Source of the DNA: the human T2T-CHM13v2.0 reference genome, Homo sapiens
Direction: 5' to 3' (one strand)
Assembly: GCF_009914755.1 (NCBI RefSeq)
Contig: NC_060925.1
DNA length: 64,000 bases
Below are positions 37,104 through 51,499 of this stretch, piece by piece. Position 1 is the first letter of the stretch, and the number at the start of each line of letters is the position of its first letter. A program made the position numbers and the translations under genes. Below the pieces are notes generated by a model that was given only the letters and a program-made list of their open reading frames with translations, did not search any database and was not told the origin of the DNA.

Positions 37104-37211
37104 CCTGGGCACAATTCCCTTAACCAGCAGACTGGGGCTGAGTGGCAAGCGGCACGAGCCATTGAGGGCAAAGAACTGCTTCACCTCCTCCAGGCCCGTG
37201 CGGAGGATTCC
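37104..37211 (-). CDS. PIK3C2B: PIK3C2B exon GILRTGL...GIVPR
   Basis: AG/GT, 108 nt. Confidence 0.95.
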
Positions 37212-37994
37212 CTGGAAAGAAGGGGAGGAGTACAGCAGGGGTGAAATGGAGGGTCCATACTGAGAACCAGACCTCTCCCAGGGGTGGGTTCTCCGTAGTA
37301 GTCGGTATGAAAACCACCCCCTGAGAAGTGTGGACACCCTCCAGAAGATCCTTAAGGAGGAGGACCCCCTACACCCCAGCCTGGGACTGTACGCTAACAG
37401 CAAGACCAAATAGCTCTAGAGGGGAGCAGATGGCAGAACAGCATGAAGCAGGCCACAGTGCACAGAGAGGGCAGGCTGTCTCTCAAGGGGGAAGAGCTAT
37501 TTAGGCTTCTGCCAAGAAAAGCTAACAATCTGGACGTTGATACAAAATCTCTCAGTTTTTAAATGTCGTTAACCAGGAACACTGCTGGCTGGTTACAATG
37601 TCTTCGTACAAACAGATAAAGGTGTCCTCTCTGGGTGGCATCAGGCCTGAGCCATGGGTCACAGCATGGTGAACAAAATATGGCTGGATTTCAGCCCTCA
37701 CTTGCCCCTTCTGGCTGAGTGCTCTTGTGCAATGAACAACTTACACAACTGTGCTTAGCCTTTAAAACAAACAGCTAAATAAATTTCAATATTTTACAGG
37801 ACAAACAAAACACATCCACGGGCTGTATCCAGCTTGTGGACTGCCTGTTTACGGCCTAGTTTCCAGAGTCAGCTGCTCCCCGCTCCAAAATCAAAAATCG
37901 TCACGTGGAATCTTGTTGTTCAGGATTCCTAAGAAGAAACTGGCTGCCAAAGCCCTGGATGAGAAATGGGTAGGGGCAGCCTCACCCCACTAAC

Positions 37995-38175
37995 CTGCCT
38001 TGCAGATGGGGCTGCCTCCCGGACCTGCTGGGCCAGTTTGGCCAGGGCATTGACAAGCCAGCACTGGCGGTTAAACTCTTCTCTCAGCCCCTTGCCACAG
38101 CAGCACAGTAAGGCTGCCAGCAGATACTGGTAGCGGATGCTGAACTGAGAGTCCTTGAGGCCGTCCTTCAGTAAC
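37995..38175 (-). CDS. PIK3C2B: PIK3C2B exon LLKDGLK...PSARQ
   Basis: AG/GT, 181 nt. Confidence 0.95.
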
Positions 38176-38312
38176 CTGCAAGGCAGAGGGAGTCAGGAGT
38201 CAGGGCACTCCAGGGATCAAAGGCAAGGGTACAGGGGGAGACAGAGTCAGGCCCAGCTCCAACTCACTGCAAAACCCACCCCGAACTTGGGAGGGAAAAT
38301 ACATTCTGTATG

Positions 38313-38580
38313 TACGGCTCATATGGAGATGCTCACCTGTGCCCATACCCCAGTCTGTGCCCTCACTCTGTCTTTAAGTAGAGTTCACAGCCCCTCTGCA
38401 TCTTGTTTCTCCTTTCTATTTCTGCCATGTGTGGGTAGAGGAGAGACAGGATAACATAATCCTCACTATGTTACATGGGGTGAGCTGAGACCCCTGAGGA
38501 AAAGATGCTGGTCCAAGGCCACAGGGTAAGTCAGCACATACTGAAGCCCGGACAACTCAGTTCCTTGCCCTTGCGTGCCT
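38313..38580 (+). repeat. Local direct duplication, copy 2 (partner 36768-37035)
   Basis: Offset 1545 bp from copy 1, same orientation. Confidence 0.95.
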
Positions 38581-38645
38581 AAGAGTGAAATACTCCTACG
38601 TGAAAGACACGTGTCTACCTCCCACTTTTCTACATGCAGTTTTAC

Positions 38646-38740
38646 CAGAAGAAGTAGTGAGTCACTCTCAAGTCAGACACAGCTCGTTTCAGGAGGAAGC
38701 GCACCAACGGGCTGTCCAGGTAGCATTCATACTTCAGGGC
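38646..38740 (-). CDS. PIK3C2B: PIK3C2B exon ALKYECY...HYFF (helical)
   Basis: AG/GT, 95 nt, ends phase 2 (TG|). Confidence 0.95.
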
Positions 38741-38908
38741 CTGTTTTGAAGAAAGGGAGAAAGAGAATATGAAGCTTCATTAACTGCCTGTAACCTACAC
38801 TTATTATTATTGCACTGGGATCTCTGGTTTCTAAGGGGCAGAATGCAGACTCACTTGGGATACTGGGGATGGGACCAGCAAAACTGGAGGGAGGACCAAT
38901 CCACCCAC

Positions 38909-39002
38909 CTGTACCAGCTGGGGCAGGTAGTCTAGCAGCTCAGCATCTGAGAGTGAGCCAATCCACTGCACAGCCATACGACGCACCTCCTGGTCCGGGA
39001 AG
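38909..39002 (-). CDS. PIK3C2B: PIK3C2B exon FPDQEVR...PQLVQ (helical)
   Basis: AG/GT, 94 nt. Confidence 0.95.
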
Positions 39003-39888
39003 CTGCAAAACAGAGCCCAGTGCCCTGACAACCTAGCTGCAAGTTGAGGCACAGCTGTGAGCCCAGCACCCTCACACCTGGGCTTCAGAGGCATGGAGAA
39101 AGAAAATGCAATGGCCCTAGATTCTGCTAAAGTCACTAGAAGAATCCTTAGCAACTTCCCTGGATAGCAACCCTTGGGAATGAGCCTTCTTCACGGTTAG
39201 AGTCTGCCTTGAGCCATGGGGGAACAACTAGGTAGCCACTCTCACTCCTTGGAGGATTTAAAGAAAATGGGACAAAGTCCTCAACCTTACTCCAAAGATT
39301 TCTCCCTTGACTCCCACTGTGCCAGAAATTCCTGCCATTGGAGGGCCCTGATGTGGGTAAAAGCATTATTTTGTCTTGTTAACATCCTTTAATGCAAAAT
39401 GTACCACGCAAATAACAGAAAATCACAGTATTTTATATAAGCCAATAAACCTTGGCAGAATTAGTTTAGCAGAGATTAACAAAACCATTGGCTCAAAAAC
39501 TCCTTAAGGCAGGTCACATGGATAGGTACATTTTGATTACTGAGAGTGGCGAGAAATAAGCAGGAAATCCTGGGTACCATCTAGAAAAGGCAGCCCTAAC
39601 AGATCTAAGACTGGAAGCCTTGGGTCCCAAGAGAACCCTTCAAGAGAAAGAGGGAATGGGCAATGATTAAAATAAAACTAAGTAATAAGGATTTCAGTTA
39701 CACAGGCGTATGCATTTGTCAAAACTCAGCCAATGTACAGGTAAACTTTGGGTATTTGCTTATGTATAAATGTTGCCCCAAAAGAAAAAAAAAAAAAAAC
39801 AGAACAAACATCGAGCTCTAGTTAATGATGTGCATGCCAAAGCAGGGAGTTTAATGGTGTCTGTAATTTACTTCAAAATGTATAAAAA

Positions 39889-40197
39889 GGCTGGGCATGG
39901 TAGCTCACACCTATAATCCCAGCATTTTTGGGAGGCCAAGGAGGGAGCATTGCTTGAACCCAGGAGTTTGAAACCAGCCTGGGCAACATAGTGAGACTTT
40001 ATCTCTACAAAAAAATTTTAAAAATTAGTCAGGTGTGGTGGTGTGCACTGTGCACTTGTTGTTCCAGCTACTTGGAGGCTGGGGCAGGAGGAGTGCTTGA
40101 GCCCAGGAGGTCGAGGCTGCAGTGAGCCATATGCATGCCACTGCACTCCAGCCTGGGTGACAGAGCAAGACCCTGTCTCAAAAAAAAAAAAAAAAAG
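39889..40197 (+). mobile_element. AluJ inside old L1 fragment
   Basis: Alu consensus. Confidence 0.88.
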
Positions 40198-40534
40198 CAT
40201 AAAAAATAAGATGGATAGATGGATGGATACAGCGATGGATAAATGAAATGTACACAATCCAGCACACAGAGCAAATGCTAACAATAGAATCTAGGTGGTA
40301 GGCACATGGGTATTCACTGTACAATTTTCAATTTTGTTGTATGTTTGAAAAATGACAATATAACATTGAAGGGAAAATGAGAAAGAAAAAGCAAAAAGGA
40401 GAAATGGAAAATCCCTGAATATCCACACCCACTTTACCATTTTCCCCAGGGCTGGCTCAGATCACTGATGGGCAGTGTCGTGCCCTGGCTTCTACAAGAA
40501 CACATAGTCAGAAAAGGCAGATGTTACAACTCAC

Positions 40535-40723
40535 GTGGCATGCAGGAGCCCCAGGGCATCCTGGTGGTTCATGTGGGTCCACTGCTTCAGGAGAACATAG
40601 ATGTCAGGCAGGCAAGCCCACTCCCAGCTGGGGGCGCTGGCGAGCACCAGGGGGAGCGAGCTCACCTCCGAGTGGCAGTAATATCGCTTCTCCCACAGGC
40701 GCTTCTTGTCAGCATCAGTGAGC
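40535..40723 (-). CDS. PIK3C2B: PIK3C2B exon LTDADKK...GLLHA (helical domain)
   Basis: AG/GT, 189 nt. Confidence 0.95.
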
Positions 40724-40839
40724 CTGGTGGGCACACGGAAAGGAGAAGGTGGTGGGAGGGTAGGGGGCAGTGAGAGAGAACAGCATCAGCCAGGGGGTGC
40801 AGCCCTTACCCTCAAGGGAGTGCTGCACACACTGCAATT

Positions 40840-41014
40840 CAGCGGTTCCCAAGCTTTGCTGCATATGACACCCACTTGAGGGGCTGAGTGAACCCCCTCG
40901 CCATGCCTGGGTCACACCTGATACCAGTTAAGTCCAAATGGCTGGGGAAGCCAGGCATCAGTCTATGCCACAGATCACCAGGTGATTCCAATATGAATCA
41001 AAGTTTGGGAACCA
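40840..41014. mobile_element. MER5A-like MITE
   Basis: cagcggttcccaa...caggtgattcc...tttgggaacca. Confidence 0.65.
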
Positions 41015-42014
41015 GAGCCCAAATCCTATCTTTGATCCCAACTCAGGGACATCTTGGATGGAGAATGCATGGGCCAAGGGCACCGAATCTGCTACCCCTC
41101 CTGCGGATGCCCTGAGGGCACCACGCTCAATAGAACCACCAGAGGGCAGTGGTCCCCCAACACCAGGGTCTGTGCTGCTGAGAGGCCTCCTGGGGCCTCC
41201 AGGGACCAGCTGTCGGCTTTCAAGGACCTGCAGCTAATTGGGCCTTGCCTGAGATCAGGTGTCTAATGGGAGAAGGGAGCTGAGGGTCTAATGAAGTGTA
41301 GTCGGCAGAGTGGGGGAAGGGAGGTCTGCGGTCGCTCAGCTACTCCAGCTACTTGGGGTGGACATCAGGGACAGAGATGAGCCCCATCTCTCTCATGCCC
41401 CCACACACACAACACACGCACAGGGCTGCGCAGGAGCCAGAGAGGTAAACAGAGAGCAGACAGCAGAACCAGGTCCCTCCAGCTCCTCCAGTTCTGTTCT
41501 CACCCCTCCTTCTCCAATCCTGTGAAAGCAGCAGCCCCAAGGATGAGATCAGCCTGGACTCGCGTACCCCTGAGAGCTGCCAGCTTGCCTTGACACCTGA
41601 TCCTTTTTGGAAAGTGACAGGGCCAGAAAAATTCAAAGGCTGTTGGTGTGGAAGGGGCAGGAGGTGAGAGCAAGAGGTGGGGGCAGGGTGGTGGGGCCAG
41701 CTGCCCCAGTGGACAGAAGGTAGTAGATAGCACATCTGGGATGTGGGGCAGAGCTCTGGTCCTCCTGGGTAGCTGAGTCTGGACCAAGTCCCTGGGGTGG
41801 GGACTTGGGTATTCTCAGATCTAATTTCCTGACCTTGACCTCTCCACTTTTCCTAGTGTCAGCTGATGGAGAAAGGCCTGGGGGCTGCCTCCACTTCCTG
41901 CTGAGATGGCAATGCCCACCCCTTCCCACCTCCACTCCCAAAGCAGGAGGACGGAGACTCAGTGCTGGGAGGTCAGATGAAACATGACAGATTCAGTGGG
42001 GGCCCGGGTCTCAC

Positions 42015-42157
42015 CAGTACAAGGACTCTTTCTGCATGATGTCTTTAAGCTTGCGCTGGTCTTCTTCCCGGAGGCTGCCAAACTCATAGCGGGGGCTGAA
42101 CTTGTCTCCAGGGGGGCTGGTGAACTTGATGTCAAAGGCCGAGGTGGGGAAGTCAAT
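42015..42157 (-). CDS. PIK3C2B: PIK3C2B exon IDFPTSA...KESLY
   Basis: AG/GT, 143 nt. Confidence 0.95.
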
Positions 42158-42679
42158 CTGGGGGATGAGATCAGGGATGTGAGGAGAGAAAACAGGCAGC
42201 GTGTGTGGACTCCCAGCTTCTTTCTCTCACCCCAGCATTCCGGCCTTGTCCCTCCCTCACTTTCCCTCAGGTTCTTTGTAAAATAGCCCTGTTAGACTTG
42301 GTGATCTCTAAAGTCCTTTCCAGCTATAACTCTCAGCAAAAAATGAGAGGGAAACAAAAAGAGAAAAAGAATGGACATGTGAGGAAGAGGTTCGGTGGAG
42401 ATGCACCTTGGTGAGGGGTGAGGGGACAAGCCCCAGCCAGAACTCTGAACAGAGGTGTCACCCAGCTGAAACACAGGGTGCATCCAGGCTGAGTCCGGGG
42501 TGACTTCCATGGGGTGCCAGAGGACACTGCTGCCAGAGGGGAGGCAAGACCACACACTGGGAGAAGGCCCTGGGACACTCGGTCCCTACTCTATGCCACC
42601 AGATGTTCATCCTACTAAAGTATCAGAGCTGAGTGAGCCAAGTCTCCAAAGGAGGTCTACTTTCTTTCATTCAAAAAAC

Positions 42680-42980
42680 TTATTTATTTATTCATTTATT
42701 TATTTATTTTGAGACAGAGTCTTGCTCTGTCACCCAGGCTGGAGTGCAGGGGTGTGATCTCGGCTCACTGCAACCTCTGCCTCCCCGGTTCAAGTGGTTC
42801 TCATGCCTCAGCTTCCTGAGTACCTGGGATTTACAGGCACCCGCCACCACACCCAGCTAATTTTTGTATTTCTAGTAGAGACAGGGTATCACCATGTTGG
42901 CCACTCCTGACCTCAAGTGATCCCCCTGCCTCAGCCTCCCAAAGTGCTGGGATTGCAGGCATGAGCCACCACACCCAGCC
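42680..42980 (-). mobile_element. AluS with (TTTA)n tail
   Basis: Alu consensus. Confidence 0.88.
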
Positions 42981-43029
42981 TCATTCAACAAATATCTATT
43001 GAATCCTAACATGTGCCAGGCATTTTCTA

Positions 43030-43251
<222 letters not shown>

Positions 43252-43761
43252 CTATGTCAACATTCATACTCCATACCAAAGTATCTCATAACCACAAGAA
43301 GGGGAAGCTGGGAACTGAGAAGTGCACCTTGGGCGTGACCAGCTCCTCCTCTTCTCCCTGGAGAATAGGTCCATCCTGCCAAAGCACTGAGTCACTGGCA
43401 GGGGCAAAGGTGTCCCCTCAAGCCCCAAGAGGACACAGGTCAGGTTTGATCAGACTTAGACGTATGAAGATTCAATACAAGGGACTCAGAAGCTGAGCCC
43501 TGAATGCAGAGGGTCTCAGACCCCATCTTCAGGCTCCACGAAATCAATTTAACCTCCAGGAGATGGGAGATGGATACCCCAGAGCTCACCTCACAATCCA
43601 CATCTAACCATATTCCCTCAGTTGCTTCAGTCACATCATCCTCCCACGCTTGAAGTTCTAGCACTCTCTCCTGCTGTCCCAGCCCAAATCTCCAGGAGAA
43701 AAATGTAGAGTTGACTGGAATGGTCTTGCTGGTGACTGGGAGGGAAGGGCTAAAGCCTCAC

Positions 43762-43873
43762 CTGCAGGATGACACTGTCTGGCTGGTGGAAATTAGGTGC
43801 ACTCCAACGGGCGCTGGGATTTTCCTGTGTTGCTGGCCACAAACCCAGAAGCTTCCGGCCACAGGTCAGGACC
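43762..43873 (-). CDS. PIK3C2B: PIK3C2B exon VLTCGRK...SVILQ
   Basis: AG/GT, 112 nt. Confidence 0.95.
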
Positions 43874-44426
43874 CTAAGAAGGAGGGAGAGTGGGAAGAGC
43901 TGCTAAAGTGGCTAAGCAGAGAATATTTCTACTGCTCCCCCAATCCAAAAATCTGCCTTTTCTGTTTGAAGCCATCATCCAACTCCCCTCTCATTCTCAC
44001 CGTGGACCATAGCCTCTTCCTTCTCCCAAGTCCTGTAAAAGCTTACGCCCTCCAAGAGGACTTGTGAGCTAACCACACCCTGGTCTGGATGACTTGGTGG
44101 CAGGGATGCCTTCATGAGGTGGGGAGGCTGGGCTAGATGACCTCTAAGGTTCTTCCAATGACAAGACCAGATGATCTATTACCCAAGCATTGCTTTTCCA
44201 TGTATCCTTAACATGGTCCTGTGCCACCAGAACCGCTCAGTGGCTCTTGGTTACATCAATAGTCCTGGTCACCAGTTCTGTGCTTGGGGATCCTCTGGAC
44301 TTCACCAGTGAGCCCCACATGGCCAACTCTCCCAAGGTGCACTGGCCAGTGCAGCAGCCAGGCCCCTTTCTCTGTCCCCCTCCTCCCTTTCCAAGGCCAA
44401 GAAGCTGTACCCTGGGGCTCACATAC

Positions 44427-44594
44427 TGCCTGAAGTTGAAGAGTGGGGTAGTGACCCAGCCCAGGGCTTCAGGCACCCGCCGCTGCTTATTGGCCTCTGA
44501 GGAGCTCCCCGGTGGGGGGATGGGCAGAGCATAGAGAGTGGCACACAGCAGTGTCTCCCGAGGCAGCCGGTTCACCTGCACTGGGAAGCAGATC
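44427..44594 (-). CDS. PIK3C2B: PIK3C2B exon ICFPVQV...LFNFR (C2)
   Basis: AG/GT, 168 nt. Confidence 0.95.
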
Positions 44595-46862
44595 CTATGG
44601 AGGACAGGAAGTCAAATTAGGAGGGGCCACTCCTGTGGCTTCAAGCAACAGGTGGCCCAGGAAGTCAGGCTGAGGCTGAGGCTGAGGATACAGCCTCCCT
44701 CTCAGGGTTCAGACATACTCCCTGAGGAAGCCCTCCTCCTGCAGAACCAGGAGAGGTCCCAAACTAGGCAAAACCCCCACTGGATGTTCCCAGAAGCACA
44801 ATGTGGTGTCCTTGGAGCTTTGCAGTAGAGTGAGGCGAACATCCCGATTTTGAAGCTACCCGTGGTGCCTGGACAGAACTTGCTTAGCAGAGCCACCTCG
44901 GAGTTCAGGTGATGACACGTCCCATGTTGTCAGCCTTGCTCCTTTCCTTGTTTTAGGATTTCCGCAGAGGGTCCGCAAAGCTACTCCTTTTGTCCTCCTT
45001 TTCCATTTGACAGTCTCCATCCCTCCCCCACTTCTTGCTGCTGAGAGCCACCAGGAAGAAGCACCATGTTCTCTGCCCTCGGTTCACCCTCCCCCACAGC
45101 CCTCTCACTTGTCCTCATAGGAGTCCCCTTCACCTAGCCCCAGGGACACACACTGGGTTTTTCTCACCCCCACCCCCAAACAGCTTCAAAGCCAAAGGGA
45201 CAAAGAGGAGGGGTTTCTCCAAGTACCCCAGTGGTGAGAAAGCCAATGGCAGGGCCAAGAGAACTGAGACACATAAGCCCCACCACTATTCAAGCCCATA
45301 AGTTCTCTCCAGGTCCCTCAGTCTGAATCACACCTAGCCACTCCCTCTAAGCTCAGGATAAGGAACTGCTGGGTGGGGTGAAGTACACAGGGGAGGGGAG
45401 CTGTGGAAAGGCAGGGAGGACCCACGTTACCTTTCGGGGAAGCTGTCCCTGGGCCAAAGTCCATACTGTCACACCCTCCTGGCCAGCCCAGGGCCCAGCA
45501 ACTTCTATGCCAGAGAGCGCAGAGGCAGGGCGGCCACCCCCAAGGTTGGCAGTTTCATGATAAAGCAGCCTGCCTCCACCGCTGTCCTCCAGAGGAATCT
45601 CCACCTAAGTGAGGCACTCCCTCCAGCCCACCACAGACTGGCAGAGCCCTGCTCTGTCCCAGCTGCCTCTACCCTGGGGGCCCACAGCTATAATTAGGGC
45701 CCCTCCAGCAGCCAGCAGACATGCCAGGCCAGGGCTTGGCTGGAGGTGACAAAGCACGGCTGCTGAGCCTATTTTGAGAGTTAGCTGATCCCTGGACCGC
45801 TACAGTGGGGCAGAGAATCAGCTGACCCCATAGCAAAGGGGAGAGGGAGCTGGTCCTGAGCCCTTTCTTTTCACCCAAGGAAGAAGCTTCCAGCTTCGTG
45901 TCTTAAGGAAAAGGGGAGTGAGAAGACTTTATGAGTGAAACCAGAGCCAGCCAAGGCCCTCTTCCCTTCAGTCCTTGGGTATATCTGGTATTCCACAACC
46001 TCTCCCACAGATCTTCACCCAGGGCTGGTCAGGATAACCATTATGTTGGCTGCAGCCCTTACCTTCCTCCCTGAGAAACCCCTCTCCTTCCTGCAGCCCA
46101 TTCAACAACATCATATCACACAGGCTGCCTCCTCCAGGAAGGATTCCTGGAATGTGCTGGTTGGCTCCAGTCCTGGTTCTGCCACTCACAATCCTGGGCA
46201 ACTTAATTCCCATCTCTGTGCCTCAGTTTCTCATCAGGGAAAAGGGGAACATAGCTTCACTTGCATGATGTGTGTGCAGACTGTGTACTTTTTGCTATGT
46301 GATGCTGTGGTTACTGCACTGGCACTGGCTTATACAGATAGTATTTTCATGCGCACGTATCCCCATGTATCAGCCAGTCTGTCAGTCACTTGGAACAGAG
46401 AAACCAAAACCAAGAGGGCTCCCCAGCTAAGAAGCCTGTGCCAAGTACTTTATTTACAGTGTCCTAACTGCTCCTCAAACAATCCTGTAGGGTAGGCCCT
46501 ATTATCGCTACCATTCTAGGTTGAAAGACCTGCCCCAGGCTGCAACTACAGTAGGAAGGAGAGAATGACTGGCCCAAAGACTGTCCTCTGAACGCTGGCA
46601 CGCCTTCCCCCAAATGTCCTGGTCTTGACCATGAAGGGCCAAGAAGTCTCATTCGGGGCTTCTGGATGGACAGTGCAAGATAGTGCCCTTCACAAGGCGC
46701 TAGGCAGGGGACTGCCCCTTTAAAATTCAAGGTGGGGATCTCAGGGAACAAAATGAAACTCATGGGGCAGGCTGGGCTGCCTCTCTACCTCTGATACTGT
46801 ATGAGTAAAGGGTTTAAGGCCAATTTTTTAAAGTTCCTCCTGGGCCAGAACACTGTGCAGCA

Positions 46863-47540
<678 letters not shown>

Positions 47541-48351
47541 ATATACACCTTTATTGCTCTAAGAATTACCTAAGTGTGAAGGGCATGAGAAAGGGTCCAT
47601 TTTCCCAGTTGTCCATCTGTAAAAGGACCCACCTCTTCCAGCATCTCCAGATTCTTCATCTACCTATTTTGCATCCTCGGCCTCCCCAGGACCCTCCTCA
47701 GTCTCTTTAATCTGTGCTACAAATACTTAGCTTGCAGTGCTGCTCTGCAAATGAGGACTCTAATATAGTCAGTGTGGGGAAGCAAAGCCGGGGGCAGCAA
47801 ACAGGGGATTTTCTGACTGACTGGAAGGAAGGTAGAGCATAGCACAGATGAAGCACAGGGCAGGAAAACCCCTGCGGTGCCCCCATTCAAGCAAGGCACC
47901 CTCTCCTCCGTTTCCTTCCTGCTTTGCTTGGCTGACGCCTACCTTCCCGACACCAAATTATTGTTTACATGTGGTGATTAATACTACCTTGTGCTTTTGG
48001 TTTCATATTTATATTTATAACCCACCTATCTCATCTCGACGCCATAACTGCCTCTGAGTGAAACCAATGTCCCCATTTCTCAGTTTGAAAAAATGAGGCA
48101 CAGAAAGAATAGAGAGAAAGTAGTATTCGAGACAGAGCTAGAAATAGAGGCTCACTCCTGGGAATCCAAGCTCAATATTCTTTCTCTAGACAACCCTCCC
48201 TTCTCTATATATAAAGGGAAAAGCACAGTCTCCTCTCCATAGTCTACAGGAACTGAGGGAAGAAGGGAGAGGATGAGAAGCCCTCCAACTAGTTAAACTC
48301 TTTAAGGGAGACAAGATCAAAAAATAAAGTATTATTAAAATTAACAACTAA

Positions 48352-48655
<304 letters not shown>

Positions 48656-48782
48656 CAACAACTAAAATTTATATGTTTTTTATGGTTTACAAAGAGCCTT
48701 TATAGATACTTCTCATTGGATCCTCATGACAACTTGAGAAGTGGTAATTATACTTGGCTCCTTTAAGAGTCAGGGAAGTGGA

Positions 48783-49126
<344 letters not shown>

Positions 49127-49250
49127 TTAGGGTTAACAAGGAGCCTGGTTTTATCATTAGTCCTGGACTAGTTATCTGGCCCCAGGGATATTTCAGAGGC
49201 TGAGCAGGTCTACAGTGGCCTGGGCACTGAAGCCTGGGGGAAGGGCTTAC

Positions 49251-49373
49251 TGCTGGTCCCAGACGATGAGGTGGAAGAGGTACTTGGAGAAGTGAGCTCT
49301 TCGGGTCTGCAGGGGGCTGCACAGCTCCTTGCCGCCATGGCTGAGGGAGCAGGAGAGGTAGAAATCTTCATAG
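49251..49373 (-). CDS. PIK3C2B: PIK3C2B exon YEDFYLS...IVWDQ (PI3K C2 domain)
   Basis: AG/GT, 123 nt. Confidence 0.95.
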
Positions 49374-50437
49374 CTATAAAAGAAAGGGAGCAGGTCAGGA
49401 CACCCAGCTCCCAAAACCAATCACCCAAACCTATGCGTCCCTCTAAGGCCAAAATCCATTTCCCCTGGTAAAACTCTCAGTCTCTGAGGGCTGTAACACA
49501 GGATCTCCGGATAGGACAGCCAAACTGGATGTAAGGAAATGTGCTCAGGCCAAAGCAACTCAATCTAGATTCCTCTGCTCGGTTTTAGGCTCCATTCTGA
49601 GCCTTGTTGTTTTTCTTCCTTTAATGGGAACTGGCCACCCAGCCTCTTTATAGAAAGCTCCAGCCCATGGAGCGTCTGTGTGTGCATGCGTGTGTGCGCG
49701 TGCACGTGCATGCGCAAGTGAGAAGGGTGGGGGAGGAAGACGACATATGCCGACATGAATGCCAACACACGGGGGTCCCTGTGGCTCATGACAGGTGCCT
49801 GACAGAAGAGGTCAGAGAAGGCCCCGGTTTCCCAGGCTGCCTCCTTTGTTCTCTGCCAATCGCCCAGAGGAATACATTAAGTGAGGAACAAAGAGAGAAG
49901 GGGAAGGGGGTTGGGGAAAGGGGACCGGCAGGGGCGGGGTAGGGCCCAGTGCCTATTCCCTCAGGCCTTGGATGCTGGGGACCCAACAGAGGCGCTGAGG
50001 ATTTTACCAAAAGAACATCCTCCTCCACCCACCCCTGCAGGCCTAGAGAACCCCAGACAAAGGGTCAATCCCACCTCCCCACCCCCTCCCACTGGCCAGG
50101 GAGCGTGCACTCTATCTGGGAATCGGCCATCTGTTGCCATGTCTCCTTCCACTGGTCTTGGATCTGGAGGGGGCAGGGATGCAGAGGCAGCCAGCACCAA
50201 GAGGGAATAACAGGATCTTCTTCATCTCCTAAGGGACCTCCTCTCTCCTCTAGGATGTCCCCAGCCCAAGTCCTCCTCAGGCACTTGGCTCACCCCCGCA
50301 GCCCCATTGCACCACAATGTCACACAATGCCACACATCCTAAGACTTAGGACAGTGGTATTACATGCAGATAGGAAAAAGCCCTGGTGGAGGTCAAACTC
50401 AGCTTGCTCCCTAGCGGCTACTCAGCCCTGGGCTCAC

Positions 50438-50633
50438 CTGGTAGCCCAGATGATGGGGATGCGGTGGGTGGCATAGACAGTGAAGGCCAGGGACCTGGCG
50501 AAATGGCAGGCCTCCTGGACCAGGTCATGCTTGCGGCTCCCGGGCACTGCCGTCTGGAAGTCTGCGTTGAATGTGTTGCAGTACAGCTCCACCAGGTCCA
50601 AGATGGCAGCGGTCAGGGCTTCCACGACCTTCT
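50438..50633 (-). CDS. PIK3C2B: PIK3C2B exon KVVEALT...IIWAT
   Basis: AG/GT, 196 nt. Confidence 0.95.
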
Positions 50634-51454
50634 CTGGGAAGGGAAGGGGTCAGAAGGGAAAGTCATGAGGCCTCCACAAGCCCTACCTTGTTGCCATGGC
50701 ATTGGCTAGAATGGGATGGCCTAAGACAGTGGTCCCCAAATGCTAGTCAGTCTCTAATAGCTGTGACAAAGTTCACCCATCTGCGGTAAAATGAGAAAAA
50801 AGCAGAAGCATGTCATGAGCTTTTCATAAAATGACAGTTATACAATGTTAAACATAATCCTTATTTTTACGTATTGCTACTTAGTATTAAAATGTCCTTT
50901 CTTTTAGGAAACAGCGTTAATAATTATTGTCAGTTGCTTCAAAAAAGCAAAAGTCAAAAAAGTTTGGCCAAGTAAAAGGCTGCCAATTCTCTCTTGGTCC
51001 CCCAAATACTTTGGGGGACATTTTACTGGTCTATGAAATCCAAAAGACTGGGAATCACCATAAGAATCCCAGGGATGCCAAAACAAAAAACAAAACCAAA
51101 ACAAAGGAATCCCAGGGATATAGGTCAGTCTTAGGGCAAAGTTCAGCTTGAAGGGCACAACAGGGGAATCCTAGAAAAATCGTAGGGAAAATTCTTTCTC
51201 ATCCTCTCCCAAGGCCCACTCTAAATCGGAAAGGTAGCAAGTGTGAGCTGTTGGGAGAATAATCACAATCTACCCAAGTGGGAGGCTTCCCATCTGGATC
51301 ACAGGGCTAGTGCTGCCCCACCACCCCACTCCCACACTTCTACCCCCTCATCATCATCTCCCAGGGACACCAGGAGGAATGACTAGGAAAAATAATAAGA
51401 AAACACTTTGTGGAAAGAAATGTGCTCTCCAGCTGTATCCACACCTCATATAGG

Positions 51455-51455
<1 letters not shown>

Positions 51456-51497
<42 letters not shown>
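51456..51497. repeat. (AC)21 microsatellite
   Basis: Perfect dinucleotide run. Confidence 0.97.
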
Positions 51498-51499
<2 letters not shown>

